This document shows positions 44,518 to 54,626 of a DNA stretch of 64,000 bases, one piece after another; the stretch's first letter is position 1; every line of letters begins with the position of its first letter. This DNA comes from an uncultured virus (IMG/VR IMGVR_UViG_3300029267_004181). Lineage: Duplodnaviria > Heunggongvirae > Uroviricota > Caudoviricetes. The notes below the pieces were generated by a model, which was not told the origin of the DNA, ran no database searches, and saw only the letters and a program-made list of their open reading frames with translations. Position numbers and translations under genes: made by a program. The DNA is taken from IMG/VR virus record IMGVR_UViG_3300029267_004181. One strand, written 5' to 3'.

Positions 44518-45107
44518 GGCTTATCAGCGCCTCCTGTTAGCACCTGCTCCCACAACGCATCAAACATACGCAGCTGAGTAATAACGGCGTCGTACAAAGG
44601 CGCCTTCCAGTTATCGAAGCTGGCGTGCCTGGCCTGCAGCTCGGTCAAATTGTCGCCTACCGGCTCGTTGAATTCCCTGACGCTTGAGCCGACACGTATG
44701 CGTTTCAGCGCAGCAGCCAGCCGGAATCTCTCTACCGTATGCATCACAGCCAAAGGCGTTTGCGTAGGCGTAGAACTTTCTACCGTGGCAGATATAATGT
44801 TGGCTACCAACTCTCGCTCGACCAGGCTGCGACTGCGAAAACAAACCGTCACGTTGCCGTTAAACAGACTGTACGCCTTCTCGAACCTGGCATCCTCCGT
44901 CAACATAGCACGCAAGAACTGCTTCTTGTCTTCGTCTGTTGCCTCTGGAAGCTCGCGGAAAATACGCCAGCCGCACCGCGGACACTTGATAGGTGAAGGC
45001 GGAGCTTCAGGCATATCTGTGTCACCCTCCTGCCCCTCTGTCACGCCAAGCAAGTCTTCAGGCTTCTCTTCTGGCTTTTGCGGCTCAACTACCTTTTCGT
45101 ACGGCAT
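44439..45107 (-). CDS. Tail assembly chaperone (G-like) with CPRCG
   Basis: AGGAG RBS; located between the spike/tube genes and the tape measure; slippery site near the 3' end. Confidence 0.7.
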   Translation of the reverse strand: MPYEKVVEPQKPEEKPEDLLGVTEGQEGDTDMPEAPPSPIKCPRCGWRIFRELPEATDEDKKQFLRAMLTEDARFEKAYSLFNGNVTVCFRSRSLVERELVANIISATVESSTPTQTPLAVMHTVERFRLAAALKRIRVGSSVREFNEPVGDNLTELQARHASFDNWKAPLYDAVITQLRMFDALWEQVLTGGADKPDFWKTIGQDSQSEQQPEVSDSKPIL

Positions 45108-45125
45108 TCTGCTCTCCTGTCAAGG

Positions 45126-47477
45126 CTATCCAACTGACGTAGACACCTTGTACCTGTCTTTGAATGGACCCCATGCGATCTCGGATCCGTCTGCTTCGTA
45201 CACGTCCTGATCACGATCCACCGCGATACCCGCTTCATTCAACAAGGCCGGCACCACGTGACCGTAACCTACATTGTCCTCGCTAGATTCATTCCATAAC
45301 AAACCAGGATAAGGATACGTTGCCTGGTCCGTCGCCGGATCCGTAACCGGTGTTTCCTGCCAACTGTGACCCAAACCACCTCTCAGGGCATACAGCTGCT
45401 GCCAATAAGTAGAGTACAGCCTGAAATCAGCAGGATACTCAGTGTCCGCTCGAAATGCGAAACCGGCCTGTTGTATGGCCTCCGCCCGCTCTGTCTGCGC
45501 CTCTTCTACAGAATCAATCAGGTCGTTCAACGCTTCCTTGCTAGCATCCGTAGACTGCCTGTATCGCTGCGCTACACTATTAGAAATCTCTGCCACCCCG
45601 GCTTCCGAACCAATGTACCCGGAAGCGCCGGCATACGTAAACGCGCCTAAACTACCAGCCACGTTCAGGCTGCCAGCATGCAACGTCTGTCCCGGCTCAC
45701 TACGAATGAACGACGCGGTAGACAATCGAGTGATCCGACTCGGCGTATCCTCGTAAATGCCGCCGGCGTCTATGTAAGCTGTGCCGGCAACACTGTGCGA
45801 AAAGTCTCCGTCCGATCGGAAATCCATGCGCCCGGCATCCACATTGAATCCCGCCAACGACTTGAGCGTTATCCCGTCAGTACCGGATAGTCCTGAGTTG
45901 GCAGCCCTGCTTTCCAGGATCATCGCTCCGCTTCCGCTGTTAGCTGCCAACATGTACACGTCATCCTCTGCTTTCAGCCTGCAAGATCCTGCCGTCGATG
46001 ATATATCGACATCGTTTCCGGCGCGCATAATAAGATCGCCGGGCGCCAATGATATAACCGACCTGCCAGGATGCATGATAACATCTCCTGGCGCTGAAAC
46101 ATAAATGTTACCGCCGCTGAGTGTCAGCTGAGCACCGTAGCCATCATGTATTACGATCGAACCGTCAGGCATCTGAAAAATGCCGGAAGTGCTCTCAAAC
46201 AGCTCCGTTACCTGACGATGATCCACCGGCACTTGCACAGATGCAGGCAGATCAGAGATGAACCCTGCAGGCAAAGGATTGCTAGGAATAGCATTATTCA
46301 CACCAGCCCACCCAGCCACCTCGCTCTCCTCTGGCACCGTAAAGTCCAGGGTGTGCATCAACGTACTCAGCAGGTTCTGATAGTTCCCTGCATACGCAGC
46401 AAAATTAGCTGCATCAGCCGCCCTACCAGGTCCATCGACTGCCTGGAATACGTAGTCGTATTTGGCAAAAGGAGCCGCACCAGCCAGAATACTACCGGCA
46501 GGCTGATAACCTCCGGCTCTGTTGTCACCTGCTGGATCATCCGGCCTGCGTACAGGATCAGGAACAGAAATCAAGCATCTTTTCTGCAGTGTGACACTAC
46601 GAGCCGAAGTCAGGTGCAATGATCCGTCAGCGCCTTCGTGAATAGACGACAATCCAACTGAAGGATAGCTGTCTTCCCCTACCGTATCATCAAAACCCTC
46701 CGCCGGAGCACAGACAAATCGTGAATGCAAGTCTCCCAGATAGCCTTCATACACGCGACGCCTGGCATACATGCGCTGACCGCGGCTGACAGCGCCCATG
46801 CCGCCTTGCTGCAATTCCCAGCCATCCTCTCGCTCAACCAGGCTCTCCTCGGCCGTTTCTAGATTAACAACGCCTGTAGCTTCCCAGTAATACGGTGACT
46901 GCAAAGTATAATGCGCAGCTTCGCCCTCGTCGTTCAGCCTGTACGTCTGCTCACAGGCAGAGATGAGCTCAGTATTCCATCCGACAATGCGTGTAAGATT
47001 GTCAGCAGCATAGAACTCGATGCCGGCCAGCCAGCTGGCCGAAATCCAGGCGCGCAAAAGTCCTATACCTATCTGAACACCCAGCTCATTGATCTTGCCC
47101 CAGTCACCAGCCAGCATATCATTCGGCCGGTTGTTGGCATAGCTGTTCTTGCCGGGCAGGCTATCGTATAGACTGTCTACACCTTCACCCACCGAATGCT
47201 GAGGAGCTGTAGGTATAGCCGTAGCAAGAGCCTGATTAATACAGTGGCTATCTACAGTAGAAACAATAACTCCGGGCGCATCCATGCCGCCCGGAAATGC
47301 AACGATGACCTCCGTGCCAGGGCTTATTACGCCCATGTCACGAACGCCTGTGATATAACTTTGGCTCTGGCCGTCTACAGCCAGACGCGTCGAGACTCTA
47401 GGACCCTGTATCAGATAAGTTCGTCTAAGAGGCGCTGCACTTACTACGGTACATGAGTAAAAATCCATTCCTTGCAC
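45126..47477 (-). CDS. Putative baseplate spike (gp5/VgrG-like), 783 aa
   Basis: N-terminal OB-fold-like PGT-x-VIV, RP-x-D-x-x-x-GDW, and beta-helix-like repeats (GSIVIHDGYGAQLTLSGGNIYVSAPGDV...). Confidence 0.7.
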   Translation of the reverse strand: MQGMDFYSCTVVSAAPLRRTYLIQGPRVSTRLAVDGQSQSYITGVRDMGVISPGTEVIVAFPGGMDAPGVIVSTVDSHCINQALATAIPTAPQHSVGEGVDSLYDSLPGKNSYANNRPNDMLAGDWGKINELGVQIGIGLLRAWISASWLAGIEFYAADNLTRIVGWNTELISACEQTYRLNDEGEAAHYTLQSPYYWEATGVVNLETAEESLVEREDGWELQQGGMGAVSRGQRMYARRRVYEGYLGDLHSRFVCAPAEGFDDTVGEDSYPSVGLSSIHEGADGSLHLTSARSVTLQKRCLISVPDPVRRPDDPAGDNRAGGYQPAGSILAGAAPFAKYDYVFQAVDGPGRAADAANFAAYAGNYQNLLSTLMHTLDFTVPEESEVAGWAGVNNAIPSNPLPAGFISDLPASVQVPVDHRQVTELFESTSGIFQMPDGSIVIHDGYGAQLTLSGGNIYVSAPGDVIMHPGRSVISLAPGDLIMRAGNDVDISSTAGSCRLKAEDDVYMLAANSGSGAMILESRAANSGLSGTDGITLKSLAGFNVDAGRMDFRSDGDFSHSVAGTAYIDAGGIYEDTPSRITRLSTASFIRSEPGQTLHAGSLNVAGSLGAFTYAGASGYIGSEAGVAEISNSVAQRYRQSTDASKEALNDLIDSVEEAQTERAEAIQQAGFAFRADTEYPADFRLYSTYWQQLYALRGGLGHSWQETPVTDPATDQATYPYPGLLWNESSEDNVGYGHVVPALLNEAGIAVDRDQDVYEADGSEIAWGPFKDRYKVSTSVG

Positions 47478-47502
47478 CGCGCACTGGCGTCGTGACGCAT
47501 TC

Positions 47503-47976
47503 TTAGGATCCGATGGAGAGCGTATAGAACAAGAAATTCATGGTCTGCACCAGCATCATGTCATCGCCACCTACGCTAGCTCCGTAGGTCGTCATCAACA
47601 CGCCACGCAGAACATGCCGAGACACATTGGTCACGTTCGGCGCGCATTCGACGTGGCCCTGGTAAACCAGGCTGAGCACGTTTTCAGGCAGCTGACAGAT
47701 ATCCTGGAATTTCTCGATGAACTTGTCTATACGCGTCGTAGGACCAAAAACACTGGTGATAGACAGCGTACCAAAGCCCTTTGGCTGCTCGACCAGATAG
47801 TAGGCACCGTCCAGCGAGCGCAAAGGCGCTACGTTACGCGACACGTTCATTGTGGCGTTACGGGCGACTATAGACAGCTCTTCAGATCCTACGCTGAAGA
47901 CCATCTTGGCTGCAGACGCCTTGATAACGCGAATATCGCGCACATCGCCCTGCTGTCCAAAGATTTCCGTAGGCAT
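47503..47976 (-). CDS. Putative tail tube protein, 157 aa
   Basis: Directly after the sheath gene; size and beta-strand pattern fit a contractile tail tube. Confidence 0.7.
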   Translation of the reverse strand: MPTEIFGQQGDVRDIRVIKASAAKMVFSVGSEELSIVARNATMNVSRNVAPLRSLDGAYYLVEQPKGFGTLSITSVFGPTTRIDKFIEKFQDICQLPENVLSLVYQGHVECAPNVTNVSRHVLRGVLMTTYGASVGGDDMMLVQTMNFLFYTLSIGS

Positions 47977-47995
47977 TTACTATTTCCTCCAGGCT

Positions 47996-50359
47996 TTAGC
48001 CCGTTTCTATCCTGAGCGTAATGTCCAACACGTTCATCGGAGCGGGTACCTGTACATCGCAATCCGCTTCCAGGTGATCACGGAGTATCTCGTTGCGCCC
48101 TATTTCCGTGATCTCGTATGACAAAACAGCGCTGCCCGCGTCGTTCGTCAGGTACAGAGCCGAGTATGCGTCGATCGCACCTTCAATGGTCGCACGGACC
48201 ATCTCGATGTTCTGGTCGGTAATGTTGATGCGACCCTTGAACCGATCCAGCGTATTAGCGATAGCGTAGCTGATACCGTCAACATTAACCACTACGCTCA
48301 GCTCCCGCGTTTCCACCGACGTGTAATCGGTAGTTAGCTGATGACGAATGAAAGGAGACGCTCCGTCAGTCTCCATGTCTACGATCAACGTCCCGCCCTC
48401 AGCTATAGTATCCAACTGAGTTCGACTGAAATACGCAGACGCTTTAGGCACCGCAGAGAAGCCTTCGATCAAGAAATTGGTGATCGGCTGATGCGGAACC
48501 ACGCTGGACTTGAACCCTGCAATCGCAGCCGCCAGATGATACCCGGCAACCGTCTCGCCGTTGTCGTCCGTCGCCTCGTCAGGCCAGACGTTGCAAACCA
48601 CCTGATCAGCATAACTGCTGGAGTAGGTAGCAATCTGCGTCGCCTCTTCGGCCTTTGTCTTGTCGCGGTAGATCTGGAAAGTAGCAGGTATAGGAACAGG
48701 ACTAGACGGACCAGACGACAGCGTCATGGTATCGTCATCCACCACCTCGTCGATGGTGTAGCTCTCGTAGCTGGTATCTCCCCACGCATCCGTCTCGTAG
48801 TTGCACCGGAAGATGTCGCCTGATCTGACAGCAGCAGCTATCAGCCCGCCTAGAGGCACCGTGACCAGAATGTTCGACCCGCCTTGATCTGTAACCGTTG
48901 CCATCCCAGTCGTGACCGAGAAGTAGTCAGGCAGCTCCCGGCTGATGAACATGCGCCTCCACTTGTTGACGCCAGCCGCACGCATAGCATCCACGTGCGT
49001 CTTCACGATGGTAAGGTTAGCAACAGTCTGAGTCAGAGGAACCAGATAGTACACCTCGTCCTCGTTACTCAGAATGTCAACCGCCGCATTCCAGCCGGTC
49101 GCGTCGTTAGACTGCAGAGCCAAAAACTTGACCGCACTACCGTTGCTGTTCTGCAACGACTTATACACCGCATAAGGCAACTCGGAATCCGGTTCGATGC
49201 TGCCAAGCGTGGTTTCAACATCCGAACTGGTTTCCAGCGAATCCACAGCATACGCATAAGTCAGATCAATCACTCTGTACGTTACGTAGCAAGACGCGCT
49301 CTCCATCGGCAGATACGTCGTGCCTGTCCTGCTGTGCAAACTGGTGATGCTGGCATTGAGCGTAATGCCGTTCGTCTGATCGATCTCGTAGTTGTAGTCG
49401 CCAGGACTGTCTAGTTTCTTATACACGACAGTCACGTCGTCCTTGATGTACAAGCTGACCTGTAGATCAGTCTCATACATAGAACCTGGTATGGGTCCTA
49501 AACTGGACGAGCTTGAGCTGCTACTGGAACGGTGACGCAAAGGCACAGGAATCGTATTCGCCAGCGTGAGGCCGTGAATAGCGCCGTTAGACTCCGCTGT
49601 CGCAGGCACCAGATAAATATCACCGTCAGCCGGCGTGCCGTTGATATTAATCGTAACACCATAGTTGCCTATGGACTGATTAGTTCCCAAGGTATAGGTG
49701 TGCGGACCACTGCTGTCCAACCCAGTAGTGGTCCGCACAGTCAGCGTGTAGTCGCTGCCATCAACCGCTATAGTAACGATATACGTAGTATCCGCGGCAC
49801 CAGTATAGGTACCTCCTGACGTCACAGTCATTCCCGTCCCGCTATTACCGTCCGCTTCAGTAGCCGTCCCTACGCTAGAAGCCACTGTATCGTAGACGAA
49901 ACCTAGAACCTGAGTCAGAAGCTCATAATCGCCATATTCCAATTTGACCCAGTCGCCTACCGCCACGTCGATTGTGGGATCTCGACCTGCCTGCCTGGTC
50001 CAACTGCCGTAATCCTTCCAGATAATAGTATCGGACCAGATAACGTGATTGCCGCGATCATGGATCTCATCTGCGTCACCAGAAGAGTTGCGGTAATACC
50101 TGAGCAAGGCATCCACTGCATCCACTTGTACATAATCTTCATCCACGGCACCGTAACCAGCAGCCGTATGGCCAGGCCAGGCTACAGTCTGCTCGGTACC
50201 GTCATATGTAGCCAGAAACGTGTCGTCGCTGGTCTCGGTACCATACCGTATTAGCTTCCAGTGTGGACCTATGATGCAGGGATAAAACGGCTGAACGACC
50301 TCGGACAGCCGCTGCACGAACAACTGACGAACGATCACTTGAGGAAGCGTGTATGCCAT
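47996..50359 (-). CDS. Tail sheath protein with poly-Ser insertion, 787 aa
   Basis: N-terminal Y-x-x-P-x-V-x-V; YYLVPLT; AAA-x-AG...PH-x-P-x-T; C-terminal RHQLTT...RELS...D...G-x-x-NI...P-x-P-x-N-x-L-x-I. Confidence 0.88.
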   Translation of the reverse strand: MAYTLPQVIVRQLFVQRLSEVVQPFYPCIIGPHWKLIRYGTETSDDTFLATYDGTEQTVAWPGHTAAGYGAVDEDYVQVDAVDALLRYYRNSSGDADEIHDRGNHVIWSDTIIWKDYGSWTRQAGRDPTIDVAVGDWVKLEYGDYELLTQVLGFVYDTVASSVGTATEADGNSGTGMTVTSGGTYTGAADTTYIVTIAVDGSDYTLTVRTTTGLDSSGPHTYTLGTNQSIGNYGVTININGTPADGDIYLVPATAESNGAIHGLTLANTIPVPLRHRSSSSSSSSSLGPIPGSMYETDLQVSLYIKDDVTVVYKKLDSPGDYNYEIDQTNGITLNASITSLHSRTGTTYLPMESASCYVTYRVIDLTYAYAVDSLETSSDVETTLGSIEPDSELPYAVYKSLQNSNGSAVKFLALQSNDATGWNAAVDILSNEDEVYYLVPLTQTVANLTIVKTHVDAMRAAGVNKWRRMFISRELPDYFSVTTGMATVTDQGGSNILVTVPLGGLIAAAVRSGDIFRCNYETDAWGDTSYESYTIDEVVDDDTMTLSSGPSSPVPIPATFQIYRDKTKAEEATQIATYSSSYADQVVCNVWPDEATDDNGETVAGYHLAAAIAGFKSSVVPHQPITNFLIEGFSAVPKASAYFSRTQLDTIAEGGTLIVDMETDGASPFIRHQLTTDYTSVETRELSVVVNVDGISYAIANTLDRFKGRINITDQNIEMVRATIEGAIDAYSALYLTNDAGSAVLSYEITEIGRNEILRDHLEADCDVQVPAPMNVLDITLRIETG

Positions 50360-50360
50360 T

Positions 50361-51005
50361 TTAGGTCCTCGTCTCTATGTTAATGTCGATGCGCTTAATG
50401 GGCAACTCTTCTACCTTCAGCACCCATTCGCCCTCGTACACCCATGTGGCCGTTAAACCGGACACATAATGCTCCCAACTCTCGTCATTGACCCGTTGAA
50501 CAGGCCCCAACTCAGGCGCCCGAAAAATGCGCAGTCCAAGATCACTGCGAAAAGCCGGCGCCCAGCGGATGAGATCAAACCAAATAGATTGAGCCAATTC
50601 ATCCGCGCAGCCAGCTGTTCGTGCGACCGCGGTAACAACATGAGATCCAGCAATCTGGACAACATAGTGCGTTCCATGCTCACTCTCGCCTGCTGAATCA
50701 TCGATGGCCAGGTTCCTGGACCTGACCGCCGCCCGCTTCACCAGAACCGCAGGACGCTTCTCGACCCTGGTCTTGTCCCATAGCTCCGGTGTAACGATGT
50801 CTATTTTAGTCAATCTCTTATCAGAATTCCAGACATAAGACTGCAGAAGCTCAGATCTTATATTATCCGCATCGCAGAAATATTTGCGGATTGTCTGCAG
50901 CAGGGCACCAGTAATAACCCTTGGCATCAGCTCCTCAGCGCAAAGTGCGGACTCGTCATCCCAGGTTTGCTGAGGCGTGGTAACTTGTGAGCTAGAACCA
51001 GTCAT
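50361..51005 (-). CDS. Putative tail completion / terminator protein
   Basis: Directly upstream of the sheath; RPA-x-x-VKR motif. Confidence 0.6.
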   Translation of the reverse strand: MTGSSSQVTTPQQTWDDESALCAEELMPRVITGALLQTIRKYFCDADNIRSELLQSYVWNSDKRLTKIDIVTPELWDKTRVEKRPAVLVKRAAVRSRNLAIDDSAGESEHGTHYVVQIAGSHVVTAVARTAGCADELAQSIWFDLIRWAPAFRSDLGLRIFRAPELGPVQRVNDESWEHYVSGLTATWVYEGEWVLKVEELPIKRIDINIETRT

Positions 51006-51117
51006 TACTCAAGCAGCTCCCGAGGAATAACATCCCTTGGATGGAACCGATTAGGCCAGCGTTCTGGCTTGGTCGGCACAATCGACTGGAGCCTTGCTGG
51101 CTTCACACCCTTGCGTT

Positions 51118-51897
51118 TCATGCTGGCCTCGCTAACTCGTAAACCACGTCGTCACTGGGTACCTGCCGTACCTCGCCTGCTAGTATTATAGGCCCGCCCA
51201 ACTCCGCTAAATAGTCAATCCTCTGAAACCGCCAGCGGGTATCGTTAGCTGCTTTCACCCAGATATCGCCTTTGGCTACCAGAGGGAAGGCTAGACACTG
51301 AAACCCACGCGCTACCGGATCCGTCATGCCCTTGCCACCTGTCGAAGGATTATGCACCTTGTGCGTTGTTAAAGAGACAGAAAACTCGTACGGATCCCAG
51401 TACCCGCCATCTATACCTGTGCCATAACACGTTTCACAGCCAGCATTTACGACCTCGCCGGTATTCCAGTCCGTGCAGCTGTCACACGCCTCTCCCCATA
51501 ATTTTCGCTTGTACAGCCAGCCTGCAGACTCGTCACCTTGTAGCCGTAGTCGCAAACACTCCTTGCGTATTATCTCGCCAGCAACGGCTGCATGCTGTCC
51601 GTCACCGTAACGATTGGCGGGGAAAGGCTGACTTATGATGGTTTGCTCAGCTGTTACGCAAGTCAGCCTATAAGCCCCGTGAATCTGCTTGCCGTAGTTG
51701 CGCGGTGTAGGATCCTCTATGCTGAACGTATTAACAGCTTGGGCCACAGCCTCCCATTCGTCCGACGCAGCAGACTCAGCCCACTCAAGCAAGTAGGTAT
51801 AAGGGCCGGAATCGCGCAGACTGTAATCCATCTCCCATTCAATAAGGGAGTCGCCGCCAAACAAGTGAGAAACGCGACATGACCTAAAACCAGCCAA
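51118..51897 (-). CDS. Putative neck / head-closure protein with Zn-binding motif
   Basis: KRK-x-x-G-x-x-C-x-x-C...C-x-x-CYGTG-x-x-GGY; located in the head-tail region. Confidence 0.6.
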   Translation of the reverse strand: MAGFRSCRVSHLFGGDSLIEWEMDYSLRDSGPYTYLLEWAESAASDEWEAVAQAVNTFSIEDPTPRNYGKQIHGAYRLTCVTAEQTIISQPFPANRYGDGQHAAVAGEIIRKECLRLRLQGDESAGWLYKRKLWGEACDSCTDWNTGEVVNAGCETCYGTGIDGGYWDPYEFSVSLTTHKVHNPSTGGKGMTDPVARGFQCLAFPLVAKGDIWVKAANDTRWRFQRIDYLAELGGPIILAGEVRQVPSDDVVYELARPA

Positions 51898-51898
51898 G

Positions 51899-52159
51899 TT
51901 ACAACCCTATCGGTAAGCCGGTGTGCTCCAAGGTGCCAGGCTGCTGAGCCGCTAACTCAGCCCAGTGCGCAATAGCCTGCTGCCTGGCAACCTGTCTGGC
52001 ACGTTGACGCGCAATGCGACTACCTATCGCACCCGTCAAACCACCTAACAAACCACCTACCGCCATGCCGGTAAGCATGCGCTCAGTAGACCTATCCTTG
52101 ACAACAGTGTACAAGGCGCCTAAAGCCGCACCCGTCAGCACGCCAGCTTGCTTGTCCAT
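51899..52159 (-). CDS. Glycine-zipper small protein
   Basis: G-x-x-x-G repeats. Start set at MDKQAG after the palindromic motif. Confidence 0.55.
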   Translation of the reverse strand: MDKQAGVLTGAALGALYTVVKDRSTERMLTGMAVGGLLGGLTGAIGSRIARQRARQVARQQAIAHWAELAAQQPGTLEHTGLPIGL

Positions 52160-52189
52160 TTTGCTAGGCATAGCAAAATCGGCCTTATT

Positions 52190-52684
52190 TTACTCCACTG
52201 CCTTTGATACATCTGTGAGAATATGCTTGTGCTTCCAAGGCGCCCAGACCGTCCCGATCGACAAGCCAAGAATACTACCAGCCAGCGCGCCAACAGGCGC
52301 AGTAAACTGTGCCATATCTTTTTCTCCGGCAAGCGCAGGTGTCGCACCTATAGCGCCTCCAGCCAACAAACCAAGTAACGCACCGCGCCAACTGGTTCGA
52401 CGCTGGGCAGCGAGGTACGCTCGCTCACGCTCTGTCAGATCCTTTCGTCGGGCGGCTCTGCGTCTGGCTAACCAAGCAAGAAGCGCTCCTCCTCTTACTG
52501 CTACATCAGCCGCATTAAGCGGAATAGCAGCTGCATGCAAGCCTATAACTGATGGAGGCGCGCCTCCAATAGCAGCGAAAACGGGACCCACGCTACCCAT
52601 CCCGGCCCCGATAGCACCACCTATCCGAGCTCCAGTTTTCGCGCTACTACTTATTGACTCGAACAATCTGGTATCTGAAGCCAT
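52190..52684 (-). CDS. Glycine-zipper membrane-like protein
   Basis: Multiple G-x-x-x-G-x-x-x-G hydrophobic helices. Start set at MASDTRL after GAAGGGG. Confidence 0.6.
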   Translation of the reverse strand: MASDTRLFESISSSAKTGARIGGAIGAGMGSVGPVFAAIGGAPPSVIGLHAAAIPLNAADVAVRGGALLAWLARRRAARRKDLTERERAYLAAQRRTSWRGALLGLLAGGAIGATPALAGEKDMAQFTAPVGALAGSILGLSIGTVWAPWKHKHILTDVSKAVE

Positions 52685-52759
52685 TCTAACACACCCCTTC
52701 TTGTCCTCTTTGCTTATCCATTTTGCTAGGCATAGCAAATTGTCCGCCAGACAACCAGC

Positions 52760-53053
52760 TTAGAAACTGTAAGCGTACTTGCCACAGATATGACACGCAA
52801 CCTCGACAATGGACACGACTACACCTTCATCTCCCTCGAAATAGATTGTTGCTCCGTGCCAGCCGCAGCTTTCTGACTCGAAAGGCGTGGTAGGAGTAAT
52901 AGTGCGGTAATCCCCGCCCTCTTCCGTTTTAAGCTTTACAGAGTCAGATGATACCGTGATTTCGACTTTGCGAGTATCAGCAGCAAGCTCGCACGCTTGC
53001 TCTTCGCCGTCACAAGTAAGATTGGTTATAGTCACGTAGTCTGAAAGAGCCAC
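52760..53053 (-). CDS. Small beta-rich hypothetical virion protein
   Basis: AAGGAGG RBS with GTG start. Confidence 0.65.
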   Translation of the reverse strand: MALSDYVTITNLTCDGEEQACELAADTRKVEITVSSDSVKLKTEEGGDYRTITPTTPFESESCGWHGATIYFEGDEGVVVSIVEVACHICGKYAYSF

Positions 53054-53072
53054 TTCACGCCTCCTTGTGGTT

Positions 53073-53927
53073 TCACACTATTCCGTAACCGTTCTGGAGA
53101 TTTAGATTCAGCTTCGTCCTCTCCATCCAGGTCTTCCATTCCAAGAGATACCTGTCACCCGTCTCTTCGTATTGAGCAGATCTGTTGGTATCATCCAACG
53201 TCAAACCGCCGCTAACTTGGTATCTAAGCTCGTTCCTGCGATACCAATTAGCCGCCGCTTTGTACAAGTACCCTATCGTGCCCAACAGCCAGGGGCGACG
53301 ATACGGAAAAGTCGCAATCGTGTATCTGTACGGTGGCACCGGCGGAGGAGTATCATTCCACTCTTCCACCGGCATGCGCAGAGCAGCCAAAATCTGCGCA
53401 TCAGAAAACTCAACATCATCCAAAACCTGGTTGGCATCAGGGCTAGTATCCCAGAGAAACATGCGAATCTCCGGAATCGTGGGCGTAGCTGACGCATCCT
53501 CAACGTTCAACCTGGGCGTAATGAACAGGTAAAACGGCATGGAAAAGATCGTTACGCCGTCCCTTATAACATTCCATTCGGCCAACCAGACACCCGGCGT
53601 AGCAGTCTGATCGGGCGTCAGTGTGACTGACACCTCGCCTGCCTCCGCATTCGTAATAGTAGCAGCTAATTCCAGCTCAAGCGTAGCTGCTTTACGCGAC
53701 TCCTTCAGCACGAACTCAACCGTCAAAGGGCTGGTCGACTCACTGCTGGAACTGGAACTTGAGCTGGATTCCTCGTCTGCCAAGGAATACGTTGCACCCT
53801 GACAGGTACGCAACGTTGCTGTAACAGCAGCCTGAGTCTCTTGCGACACCGTAGCAACTGCGATTTCCCGCAGGTTGACCCCGGCTACACGGGACCGACC
53901 ATAGCTTTCGTCACTACACCAACTCAT
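53073..53927 (-). CDS. Putative head-tail adaptor with N-terminal BppU/Ig-like domain and poly-Ser
   Basis: G-x-V-x-V-x-L-x-x-x-x-T-x-x-PG-x-W-x-AE domain followed by helical IR-x-FL-x-D...N...EFSD. Confidence 0.6.
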   Translation of the reverse strand: MSWCSDESYGRSRVAGVNLREIAVATVSQETQAAVTATLRTCQGATYSLADEESSSSSSSSSESTSPLTVEFVLKESRKAATLELELAATITNAEAGEVSVTLTPDQTATPGVWLAEWNVIRDGVTIFSMPFYLFITPRLNVEDASATPTIPEIRMFLWDTSPDANQVLDDVEFSDAQILAALRMPVEEWNDTPPPVPPYRYTIATFPYRRPWLLGTIGYLYKAAANWYRRNELRYQVSGGLTLDDTNRSAQYEETGDRYLLEWKTWMERTKLNLNLQNGYGIV

Positions 53928-53929
53928 GC

Positions 53930-54622
53930 TTACCCGCTTGAACTGGAGCTGCTGGAACTGGTGGAACTGGAGTCCTCAGCCGGCCTGTCATTCGAAGGAG
54001 TACCCTGACGGTCAGGCGCGTCGCTAATAGTCAAGCCACGCGCGTATACAACCTGCACAGCCACATCAGGACCGGGATCCGCGGCTAGATTATCCTGCAC
54101 TACAAACTCTAGACGCTGGCCGTACCGAAGCTGGAAACAAGAAGAGCACCTGGACATCTTTATCGGGTACAGCGTGTGATTGAGAACACCACCCAAACCC
54201 TGCAGCAACAGCCTGTTAGTCTGCAGCGCCTGTAATACAGGATCACTAAACATGACGAAAGGCACATGATCAGTCAACGTAAGAGAAACAGGATGCAAAG
54301 GATAAATGTACGTGCCTTCTATTCGGTCCCAGACGCGAATGATGAAGCCGTTGGTCAGACCATCCGTGCTCTCGCCCCAGCCGCCTCCTGCCAGCGCGCC
54401 CTGACAAACGACAAACACGCTCATCACATCCAGCATGTACAGCTCTGACCTGGAATCTTCCACACCTATCCAAAAAATGCCTCTGTCGTCCGGCGAATAT
54501 GCCGATGCGGCCATATTGGTTTCGCCAGCTCCGTTACCATCAATAGAGAAAAAATACGTACCCCACTGAGTAGACGGAGTCAGATGATACCCCTCACTAA
54601 CTGCCGAATTAGACCACTGCAT
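53930..54622 (-). CDS. Hypothetical virion protein ending in poly-Ser-Gly
   Basis: LTNG...L-x-F-x-VQDNL pattern and a C-terminal Ser tract. Confidence 0.65.
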   Translation of the reverse strand: MQWSNSAVSEGYHLTPSTQWGTYFFSIDGNGAGETNMAASAYSPDDRGIFWIGVEDSRSELYMLDVMSVFVVCQGALAGGGWGESTDGLTNGFIIRVWDRIEGTYIYPLHPVSLTLTDHVPFVMFSDPVLQALQTNRLLLQGLGGVLNHTLYPIKMSRCSSCFQLRYGQRLEFVVQDNLAADPGPDVAVQVVYARGLTISDAPDRQGTPSNDRPAEDSSSTSSSSSSSSG

Positions 54623-54626
54623 CTAT

